From: Candidatus Firestoneibacteriota bacterium
GTDB lineage: Bacteria > Oederibacteriota > D2-FULL-39-29 > JBBTED01
Direction of reading: 5' to 3'
NCBI GenBank assembly: GCA_038042445.1
Contig: JBBTED010000150.1
Span: 1-45,313, forward strand
DNA: 45,313 bases
The first letter of the stretch is position 1; the number at the start of each line of letters is the position of its first letter. The translations under genes were made by a program, and so were the position numbers. This document shows, piece after piece, positions 38,720-45,313 of the stretch. The notes beneath the pieces are model-generated. The model made no database searches. It saw only the letters and a list, made by a program, of their open reading frames with translations, and was not told the DNA's origin.

Positions 38720-39523
38720 TTAAAATGCAAATTTAATACTTACATACTGGGTCTGAGCTAATGTATCAAAACCCACTGAATAACTTCTACCTGTATTTGC
38801 AGAATTAGTGTTTTCATCATAATTGACAATATTCATTCTGCCTATGAAAACTCCTATAACAGCAGCTACAAAAACATCTGATGCCCAATGAGCATCATCA
38901 TAAATTCGAGACAAACCTACTAAAGTAGCCAAAGGATAAAAAAGCCAGTATTTATCATACTCTTCACTTAATATTGTAGCAAATGCAAATGCAGTTACAG
39001 TATGACCAGATGGAAAAGAATCATATTTTAATGACGGGCCTGAAAAATCCAAAGCATTATCTGAAGAATCTTTAGGACGTTTTCTACCTGATAATACTTT
39101 AATTACCTGAACAGCAACCCCTGATTCAACTATTGCCTCAACAGATTGCCTTGCAACAACGCGTTCTTTTTCTCTGCCTACAGTATACATCAAAGCACAA
39201 GCAGATAATTGAATCCTGCCATCACCCAAAAGATTGCCCACAGAAGATATTGCATTTAAAGTATCTGTTTTGGGAGAACTTATAGATTTATATATTGAAA
39301 CATCATTTTTAAATAATATGTAACTTACACCAGCTACAGGAACAATAATAAGAGTATCACGCAAACTCAATTTAGCAGGAAAAGTAACTATATCTTTAAA
39401 ATCTGCACCAACGGTTTCAAAAAAATTATAATTATTAAAAGCACTATCATCTGCTTTTACGATATTTTTATCAAAAACAGAATTAAATACAAATACAAGA
39501 GTCAAAAAAATATATTTTTTCAT
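38720..39523 (-). CDS. PAP2-family phosphatase with signal peptide
   Basis: KVLSGRKRP, SFPSGH and SRIYDDAHWASDV motifs. Confidence 0.88.
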   Translation of the reverse strand: MKKYIFLTLVFVFNSVFDKNIVKADDSAFNNYNFFETVGADFKDIVTFPAKLSLRDTLIIVPVAGVSYILFKNDVSIYKSISSPKTDTLNAISSVGNLLGDGRIQLSACALMYTVGREKERVVARQSVEAIVESGVAVQVIKVLSGRKRPKDSSDNALDFSGPSLKYDSFPSGHTVTAFAFATILSEEYDKYWLFYPLATLVGLSRIYDDAHWASDVFVAAVIGVFIGRMNIVNYDENTNSANTGRSYSVGFDTLAQTQYVSIKFAF

Positions 39524-39529
39524 AAATGG

Positions 39530-39558
39530 ATTATACTATTTAAAAAAAGAATAGTAAA
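39530..39558 (-). promoter_or_regulatory. Promoter predicting a leaderless PAP2 transcript
   Basis: TTTACT-17 nt-TATAAT-6 nt-ATG; no Shine-Dalgarno. Confidence 0.55.
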
Positions 39559-39569
39559 GTGCAAAGGAA

Positions 39570-39615
39570 AAATCCCCCTAACCCCCTTTACTAAAGGGGG
39601 AATTAAGGAGGGAAT
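39570..39615. repeat. CCCCC family element
   Basis: AAATCCCCCTAACCCCCTTTACTAAAGGGGGAATTAAGGAGGGAAT. Confidence 0.85.
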
Positions 39616-40221
39616 TTAAAACTGGGAAACGAATTTGTTGTTTTGGATGTAAAACCTTAATAATTTATCCTTCCATTCAGCTGCATAATCTATGCCAATT
39701 CTTTTCGCTGATATTATTTCTTTTTTATTGATTTTTAAGCCACGGTCCTCTATATATATTTTTTTACTTACTGCCAAATCCAAAGCATAATGAGATTTAT
39801 TAAACCCAAAAGCATCACAAAGTTTGCCAGGTCCATTAGTTAAATTTGATATATTATTTGTATTTCTTTTTTTCATCATAATATCAATTCCATCAACAGG
39901 TTTAAGTGCTCTTATTAAAACACATTCTGGCACACCTTCTTTACCTGTAGATATATTTAATTGCCAATACATACCATAAACAAGATAAATATATATATGA
40001 CCACCAATCATAAATTCTGCCTTATTTCTCTTAGTAATTTTACCACCATAACAATGAGAAGCTAAATCATTAATATCTGCATATACTTCTGTCTCAACAA
40101 TTTTACCAGAGAGTTTATGCCCATAATAATTATGCGCTAAATATTTACCGAGCAAATTTTTTGCTACAGTAATAGCATCTTTAGTATAAAATTCTCTATT
40201 TAATCGTTTCATATATTTCAT
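39616..40221 (-). CDS. mpg: DNA-3-methyladenine glycosylase (MPG/AAG type)
   Basis: VAKNLLGK, IVETEVY, YIYLVYGM, VLIRAL, NGPGKLC, RIGI. Confidence 0.92.
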   Translation of the reverse strand: MKYMKRLNREFYTKDAITVAKNLLGKYLAHNYYGHKLSGKIVETEVYADINDLASHCYGGKITKRNKAEFMIGGHIYIYLVYGMYWQLNISTGKEGVPECVLIRALKPVDGIDIMMKKRNTNNISNLTNGPGKLCDAFGFNKSHYALDLAVSKKIYIEDRGLKINKKEIISAKRIGIDYAAEWKDKLLRFYIQNNKFVSQF

Positions 40222-40248
40222 AATATATTTTCACATTATAATTGTCTA

Positions 40249-40347
40249 TTAAAATGTGATACTCATTCCGGAAAATGTATTTAAAGATGGAGTTGAATCA
40301 TTTAGACCAAATTTAACACCTAAATCATATATAACCTTATCTCCCCT
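40249..40347 (-). pseudogene. Possible relic 3' end of an outer-membrane beta-barrel gene
   Basis: Startless frame RGDKVIYDLGVKFGLNDSTPSLNTFSGMSITF-stop: two amphipathic strands and a terminal Phe. Confidence 0.5.
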
Positions 40348-40350
40348 TTA

Positions 40351-40629
40351 TCAAAAGGAATTTGGTTTTGTAGTTAAATATTCCAATATTTTGTTTATCT
40401 CTTCTTGTTCTAAATGAATTCTTTGTCCATATTTTTCAACATATTCTTTCCATTGTTCTTTTGTATATTTTTCTGGAGGAAGCAACCTGTGACAAGATGC
40501 ACATTTTATTTTATACAGTTTTTCACCTTCTAATGTTTCAGAATTTTTTACCATAAGTCTTGATGAGCTACATCCAATTAGTAAAAGCAAGCACAATAAG
40601 AATAACCCCATCTTTCCTATAGTTTTCAC
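40351..40629 (-). CDS. Monoheme c-type cytochrome lipoprotein
   Basis: Lipobox LLIG-C and a single CASCH. Confidence 0.85.
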   Translation of the reverse strand: MKTIGKMGLFLLCLLLLIGCSSSRLMVKNSETLEGEKLYKIKCASCHRLLPPEKYTKEQWKEYVEKYGQRIHLEQEEINKILEYLTTKPNSF

Positions 40630-40632
40630 CTA

Positions 40633-40668
40633 AAATCCCCCTTTAATCCCCCTTTGTTAAAGGGGGAT
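40633..40668. repeat. CCCCC family element upstream of the cytochrome start
   Basis: AAATCCCCCTTTAATCCCCCTTTGTTAAAGGGGGAT. Confidence 0.85.
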
Positions 40669-40692
40669 AATGATTTTTCATATCTGTAAAAA

Positions 40693-41424
40693 TTACAAGA
40701 ATATACCTATAAGTGTACGCACTTGCGTATAGTCACTTTTAGTATTCAACCCATAAATAACTCCAAAATTTGCCCATATTTTTGACCTTGCAAAAGAAAT
40801 AGTTGGTCCTAAATAATGTTTTTCTGCACTAAAACTTCCTGTAGATTCTACACCAATTTTCAATACAGGGCTAAACTCATAAGATAATCCACCAGAATAT
40901 TTGTGAGCAGCAGGTTTTGCGGTGCTTACTAATTCAACATCGTCAAGAATATAATTTACTGCAATGTTAAAATTGTCGATATCCTTTCCTAATATAAGTT
41001 TTGCTTCTATTACATTTGGACTCGCAAAATCATCATTTCTTTTAAATTCTAAATATAAAAGTGGATCAACAAAAAAACTTTCTTTATTACCTATTTTATA
41101 TCTTGTTCTTATTTTCATCCCATCATATTCAAATTTTACATTAGCAGATGTAGAGCTATTTGCCTGTTTAAACTGCTGATACATACTTATATCCAAATTA
41201 TCTGTTATGCCATACTCTAATTCAAACCAATGTTTCCATATATTTGTTTTTGAATCACTCTTATTGGACCATTCTAAAGTATTGTAATATTCAAATTCTA
41301 TTTCCCCTTTTGGCATTGTTTTATATTCATAAGTCCAAACATAACTCCTGTTGTCTGCATAGCAATTTTGCAGCACACCAACCAATAATAGCACACTAAC
41401 TAACATTTTCATTAAACACAACAT
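40693..41424 (-). CDS. Putative outer-membrane beta-barrel/porin
   Basis: Signal peptide, then alternating aromatic/polar strands (EFEYY, FELEYGITD, LYLEF, LSYEF, HYLGPTISF, ANFGVIYGL). Confidence 0.7.
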   Translation of the reverse strand: MLCLMKMLVSVLLLVGVLQNCYADNRSYVWTYEYKTMPKGEIEFEYYNTLEWSNKSDSKTNIWKHWFELEYGITDNLDISMYQQFKQANSSTSANVKFEYDGMKIRTRYKIGNKESFFVDPLLYLEFKRNDDFASPNVIEAKLILGKDIDNFNIAVNYILDDVELVSTAKPAAHKYSGGLSYEFSPVLKIGVESTGSFSAEKHYLGPTISFARSKIWANFGVIYGLNTKSDYTQVRTLIGIFL

Positions 41425-41443
41425 AGGATTTACCCCCCCTTAT

Positions 41444-41462
41444 GATATTGATTTTCATTATC
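41444..41462 (-). promoter_or_regulatory. Fur box
   Basis: GATAATGAAAATCAATATC on the minus strand, 17/19 to GATAATGATAATCATTATC, next to the barrel gene RBS. Confidence 0.85.
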
Positions 41463-41534
41463 AATATATACGTAAAAAAATTTCCTCTTCCATCCATAGA
41501 ATTATTTCATAGCCCTATCACCATCCTTTTTATT

Positions 41535-41554
41535 GCCGATAAATCGTCAACTAC
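41535..41554 (-). repeat. GCCGAT-type REP (one mismatch)
   Basis: GCCGATAAATCGTCAACTAC. Confidence 0.7.
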
Positions 41555-41562
41555 CTTATTTC

Positions 41563-42216
41563 TCATTTTTCTATTCGTACAAATATTTCATTTGCTATAG
41601 TTTCATCTACAGCAAATTGGCTATTGCCAACTTTGAATAAATATGATGGAAAATTTTGTAGCAGACTTATTTCCATACCAGGTAAAACACCCATTGCCAT
41701 CATTTTTTGGAGTTTGCTTTGGTCATTTGCCTGAATATATGCAATTTTCCCTTTTTCATTCACATTCAAATTAGATAAAGGAGATATAACCCTCATATCT
41801 TTTTTCCCTTTTGTTCCTTCCACACAACATTTGCCTTGCGGAATTAAATTGCCATGTGGACAAACTTTAGGATGCCCTAAAAGCCTACATATATTCTCAG
41901 CAATACCTTTATGCAATATATGTTCGAACTGACAAGCAGACTCATGTATCAACTCCCCTTTAACATCAAGAACATCTGTTAACAACCTTTCTGCAAGACG
42001 ATGTCTTCTTATTATATCCTGTGCTTCAATAGTTCCATCTTTTGTAAGTTTAACTTCATCTGTAGAGATATTTATCATCTTTGCTTTTAATAATTCCTGA
42101 ATTTCAGAACTATTTGCAGTTATTCCTAAAACATTTGCTTTAACTGAGTTTTGCTTCTTTTCTATAATCAAATTCCATAATTTTTCTAAAATCTCATCTG
42201 CTTTATCACTTATCAT
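41563..42216 (-). CDS. DtxR/MntR-family protein with C-terminal FeoA domain
   Basis: RRHRLAERLL, ACQFEH, CPHGNLIP, then FeoA-like KMMAMGVLPG..FAVDETIA. Confidence 0.88.
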   Translation of the reverse strand: MISDKADEILEKLWNLIIEKKQNSVKANVLGITANSSEIQELLKAKMINISTDEVKLTKDGTIEAQDIIRRHRLAERLLTDVLDVKGELIHESACQFEHILHKGIAENICRLLGHPKVCPHGNLIPQGKCCVEGTKGKKDMRVISPLSNLNVNEKGKIAYIQANDQSKLQKMMAMGVLPGMEISLLQNFPSYLFKVGNSQFAVDETIANEIFVRIEK

Positions 42217-42289
42217 TTTTTTCCCTTCCTTTTCTTTTGCCGTACCTTGTTTGTTGGGCTAGAAAACCAAACCTTATAGACAGGGAATT

Positions 42290-42451
42290 CTATGTCCTGC
42301 CTAATTTTTTTATCCATTCTGGTTCTTTAGGCCATTCATACCCACAATTAGGACACTTTATTAGTTCGCATCCTTTATGCAAAGGACAATTTTTACAAGT
42401 AGAAACAGATTCCTTCTCAGAAAATTCATAACCACACAATGCGCATTTCAT
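42290..42451 (-). CDS. Unannotated 53-aa seven-cysteine protein downstream of feoB
   Basis: Hand translation: MKCALCGYEFSEKESVSTCKNCPLHKGCELIKCPNCGYEWPKEPEWIKKLGRT. Confidence 0.85.
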   Translation of the reverse strand: MKCALCGYEFSEKESVSTCKNCPLHKGCELIKCPNCGYEWPKEPEWIKKLGRT

Positions 42452-42472
42452 ATAAAAATATTTCCTGTTTTT

Positions 42473-42528
42473 GGGCGGGTAAACCCGCCCCTACGCGCCT
42501 TCAACTCCCCCCTTATCAAGGGGGAAGG
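42473..42528. repeat. GTAG REP plus CCCCC element
   Basis: GGGCGGGT-AA-ACCCGCCC-CTAC and CTCCCCCCTTATCAAGGGGGAAGG. Confidence 0.85.
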
Positions 42529-42551
42529 TAAAAAAAGCAAAAAGTGGGATT

Positions 42552-44489
42552 TCATAATCTTATATTAAAAACGTTTATTACTAAATTCAATAAATATCCT
42601 ACAATGAATGCGAAGAAAAATACAAAAGTTGAAATAGCTACTCCGGTTTTTAATCCTCTCTCTTTAATATTTATTAAAAATTGTGCTATACAAGGCAGAA
42701 AAAGAGTCATAGTTACTATTGCAACTACAAGCTGATTGGTTGTAAGCAATCCTTCTTTGGACATATCGTATAAACCTGCAGCACCATAGTCTCTTCTGAA
42801 AAAACCAAATAAATATGCAACCGCTGTTTTATCCGGCAAACCAATAAAGTGCACAGGATATTTTAAAACATTTAAAATTAAATCAAATATACCGGTAATT
42901 TGGCCAAACCAGATTGCAACACTTGCCAAAATAAATAGTGGAAATATCTCCTTAAAATACCATTTCATACGTGTGTAAGTCTTCACAAGCACATTTGAAA
43001 TTTTAGGCAACCTAAGTGGTGGAATTTCCATAAAAAACAACGGTTTTTCACCTGGCATAAGTTTAGCAGCAAGAAAACCCACCAAAAGAAATATAAAACA
43101 AAGAACTCCAAGCCATACAAAAAGAGCATTAGGTTTATTTCCTAAAAGACCCAAAATTACTCCTAATTGCGCTGAACAAGGAATAGCTAATGTAAGTAAT
43201 ATAGTAGCTATAATTCTTTCCCGTTTTGTAGATAAAGTTCTGGTTACCATTGTTGCCATAGTATCACAGCCAAGTCCTAAAACCATTGGAATTACTGCCC
43301 TGCCGCTTAAACCTATCTTTTTAAAAATTCTATCAATTAACATTGCAAGACGCGGCAAATAACCAGTATCTTCAATTATTGCAAAAACAAGAAAAAAAGT
43401 TCCTACAATTGGCAAAATAAGCGCTACTGCATATCTTAAGCCTAAATTAATTATGCCATACTCATGAATAAATAAATCCTGCAATATTTTCCAGGGAATA
43501 ATATTTTCAATAAATTTTGAAAGAACAGGTATAATATATTCGCCAAAAATTTTATTTTCCAAAAAATCAACTAATGTTCCTGCAGCAAATTGCCCCACAA
43601 ACTTGTACAGTCCATAATAAAGAACAATAAAAAGAATAAGTGAACCTGCCCAAGGATTCATTGTAATTTTGCTTAATTTATCTGCAAAATCTTTTGCAAA
43701 TCTAACTGGTGAACTTTTAACTTTTGAAACTATATCTGAAGCAATTTTTTGCCTTTGCATAGCAATTATATAACTTAAAGGATTAGCATAACCTTTCTTT
43801 ATTTCTTTGATAAGTTTTTGGATTGAATTGTAAACTGTAGGCTCCCTCTCTTTAATAAAACTATGTATATCTATATCTTCCTGTAAAATCAAAGTTGAAA
43901 ACAATCGTTTTGAAATAGGATATTGCGCTTTTAATATTTTACTACTTATTGTTTCTACAGCTTCCTCTATTTTATCATTGTAAATAAATTTTTTATTTAG
44001 CACAGGAACATAATTATATATTGTTTCCCTTAAAAGATTCATACCTTTGCCTGTTACTGAAATCGTTGAAATTACTGGAATACCAAGTTCATTTTCTAAT
44101 TGTTTTACATCAATTTTTATACCCAATCTTTCTGCTTCATCCATTATATTGAGTACTAATATTAAAGGTACATCTGCTTCAATCAATTGAAGTGTTAATG
44201 GAAGCATTCTCTCTATGTTTTTGGTATCTATAACATGTAAAACTAATGCAGGATTTTCATTCAATAAAATTGTGCGTGTAACTTTTTCTTCTTCTGTAAT
44301 AGTAAGAAATGAATACATTCCAGGAGTATCAATAACCTCATATTCTTTTTGATGAATCGCACATTTTCCTCTGGTTACCTCTACAGTAGTGCCTGGATAA
44401 TTTGAAACAGTAGCATAAGCGCCTGTTAAGTTATTAAAAATTACGCTTTTACCAACATTTGGACTACCAACAATAGCTATTTTTTCCAT
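42552..44489 (-). CDS. feoB: Ferrous iron transporter B
   Basis: GSPNVGKS, NYPGTTV, DTPG, EDTGYLPR, PCSAQ, MEIPP; start at ATG 44489 (MEKIAIVG). Confidence 0.96.
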   Translation of the reverse strand: MEKIAIVGSPNVGKSVIFNNLTGAYATVSNYPGTTVEVTRGKCAIHQKEYEVIDTPGMYSFLTITEEEKVTRTILLNENPALVLHVIDTKNIERMLPLTLQLIEADVPLILVLNIMDEAERLGIKIDVKQLENELGIPVISTISVTGKGMNLLRETIYNYVPVLNKKFIYNDKIEEAVETISSKILKAQYPISKRLFSTLILQEDIDIHSFIKEREPTVYNSIQKLIKEIKKGYANPLSYIIAMQRQKIASDIVSKVKSSPVRFAKDFADKLSKITMNPWAGSLILFIVLYYGLYKFVGQFAAGTLVDFLENKIFGEYIIPVLSKFIENIIPWKILQDLFIHEYGIINLGLRYAVALILPIVGTFFLVFAIIEDTGYLPRLAMLIDRIFKKIGLSGRAVIPMVLGLGCDTMATMVTRTLSTKRERIIATILLTLAIPCSAQLGVILGLLGNKPNALFVWLGVLCFIFLLVGFLAAKLMPGEKPLFFMEIPPLRLPKISNVLVKTYTRMKWYFKEIFPLFILASVAIWFGQITGIFDLILNVLKYPVHFIGLPDKTAVAYLFGFFRRDYGAAGLYDMSKEGLLTTNQLVVAIVTMTLFLPCIAQFLINIKERGLKTGVAISTFVFFFAFIVGYLLNLVINVFNIRL

Positions 44490-44527
44490 TTTCCATCCTT
44501 CCACCTTAAATGCAAGGCTAAAGAGCT

Positions 44528-44638
44528 TGTGCCAAACAGCTGTCATTCTGAGGCGATAGCCGAAGAATCTCGCATTAAAGTCTTTTAAAAACAAGATCCT
44601 TCACTTCGTTCAGGATGACAAAATAGGGTTTTGGCACA
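44528..44638. repeat. TGTCA...TGACA element with outer inverted flanks
   Basis: TGTCATTCTGAGG..AAGAATCT / AGATCCTTC..CAGGATGACA (44541-44620) inside TGTGCCAAA / TTTGGCACA. Confidence 0.8.
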
Positions 44639-44664
44639 GGATCTAAAGCTTTGTCATCCTTTAA

Positions 44665-45096
44665 TTACCTACAGTTCTTGCAAAATCCATAGATTTCAAG
44701 TTTATGACTTGTTGGAGTAAAATTATTATTTAAAGCCAATTTATTTTGTGATTTTTCGATTTTTTCCTCTTCAACTTCAATAAATATTCCACATTTTATA
44801 CAAATCAAATGATCATGATGCCTACCTGCAGATTTTTGCTCAAACTTTGTCTTTCCACTTCCAAGCTTTATCTCATTTGCCAAATTGCATTCATTAATTA
44901 ATTTTAAAGTTCGATATACTGTAGCATATCCAATTTTAGGATATTTCTTTTTTACTTTATAATATAATTCATCTGCAGTAATGTGTTTATCAATATGCAA
45001 AAATTCATCTAAAATTTCTTCTCTCTGCTGAGTAGCTTTTAAATTCTTCTTGCGAATAAAATCAGAAAATACCTTTTTCGCTTCAGATGTATTCAT
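44665..45096 (-). CDS. fur: Ferric uptake regulator
   Basis: TQQR, ATVYRTL, HHDHLICIKCG, CKNC; start at ATG 45096 behind GAGGTG. Confidence 0.92.
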   Translation of the reverse strand: MNTSEAKKVFSDFIRKKNLKATQQREEILDEFLHIDKHITADELYYKVKKKYPKIGYATVYRTLKLINECNLANEIKLGSGKTKFEQKSAGRHHDHLICIKCGIFIEVEEEKIEKSQNKLALNNNFTPTSHKLEIYGFCKNCR

Positions 45097-45102
45097 ATTA
45101 TT

Positions 45103-45166
45103 CACCTCACCTTTACCCTCTCCCACGAGGAAAGAAGGTTGGAACGGTTTTAAGTCGTTCCCCACA
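45103..45166. repeat. Decayed repeats in the fur leader
   Basis: CACCTCACCTTTACCCTCTCCC..GG and GGAACGGTTTTAAGTCGTTCCCCACA (relative of 7138-7169). Confidence 0.55.
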
Positions 45167-45173
45167 TAATATT

Positions 45174-45192
45174 GATAATGATTATCATAATC
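45174..45192. promoter_or_regulatory. Fur box overlapping the predicted fur-feoB transcription start
   Basis: GATAATGATTATCATAATC, 17/19 to the consensus. Confidence 0.88.
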
Positions 45193-45194
45193 AA

Positions 45195-45223
45195 ATTATA
45201 CAAATTTTTTAAATTTGTGTCAA
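45195..45223 (-). promoter_or_regulatory. Consensus sigma70 promoter for fur-feoB
   Basis: TTGACA-17 nt-TATAAT, exact. Confidence 0.9.
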
Positions 45224-45265
45224 GTGTTTTGTAAAAAATCTTACAAAATCTTTTAAAATCAAAGC

Positions 45266-45300
45266 CTCTGGATTCCCGATAAGAACATTCGGGAATGACA
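45266..45300. repeat. Single arm of a GGGAATGACA element
   Basis: CTCTGGATTCCCGA..TCGGGAATGACA matches the right arm at 4922-4956. Confidence 0.75.
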
Positions 45301-45313
45301 ACATAAAATATAA

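Noticed and set aside
40348..40353. Selenocysteine or readthrough at the cytochrome TGA joining it to the barrel fragment
   Set aside because: The TGA is immediately followed by TAA
4495..42735. All other short plus-strand ORFs except rpmB
   Set aside because: Each lies antisense to a well-supported minus-strand gene or across repeats, and none has a recognisable domain
44490..44594. 35-aa N-terminal extension of FeoB in the ORF track
   Set aside because: Reads through a repeat; MEKIAIVG at 44489 has a purine-rich RBS and is the normal G-domain start
45097..45165. N-terminal extension of Fur (likewise the extension of ProA)
   Set aside because: Repeat-derived leader sequence; the downstream ATG has a better-placed SD-like signal
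3366..45300. Recurrent palindromes as a CRISPR array or attC cassette array
   Set aside because: Copies are dispersed, not regularly spaced, and sit among housekeeping genes; no cas or integrase gene is present
1..45313. tRNA, rRNA, riboswitch, prophage or transposase
   Set aside because: Nothing recognisable by eye, and the spacers are short and explained by repeats and promoters; an Rfam/tRNAscan run would be needed to exclude small RNAs

Overview
Low-GC bacterial chromosome segment, read with the standard genetic code. Almost every gene is on the minus strand; the only credible plus-strand gene is rpmB. In window order it carries: a partial hydG (missed by the ORF track); ADP-heptose genes (hldC, hldA, gmhA); a sulfatase with two Gfo/Idh/MocA oxidoreductases; dinB, mutS, a lytic transglycosylase, a RelE-type toxin-antitoxin pair and comM; a cyclophilin, folC, an acsE-like methyltransferase, a flavodoxin, moeA, an Eis-like GNAT and recG; rpmB, ridA and a C-terminally short rel; a wecA-like/glyA/rpiB/LMW-phosphatase/tsaC/pepP block; cell-envelope glycosylation genes; yqeK, proA, larE, a PAP2 phosphatase and mpg; and an iron locus. 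The iron locus is fur, feoB, an unannotated 7-Cys miniprotein and a DtxR-FeoA fusion, then a second Fur box heading a putative beta-barrel and a monoheme cytochrome c lipoprotein, followed by a barrel-like relic. Most intergenic spaces hold short palindromic repeats of at least four families: GTAG-type REP hairpins, TGTCA...TGACA double hairpins, CCCCC-TTT/AAA-GGGGG elements and 7-mers. Several have entered genes: they lie in frame inside folC, or supply stop codons and Shine-Dalgarno-like signals. I saw no tRNA, rRNA, CRISPR array or transposase. The best candidates for new biology are the Fur-boxed porin plus cytochrome module attached to Feo, and the recruitment of repeats into genes. All calls come from reading motifs by eye; no searches were run.
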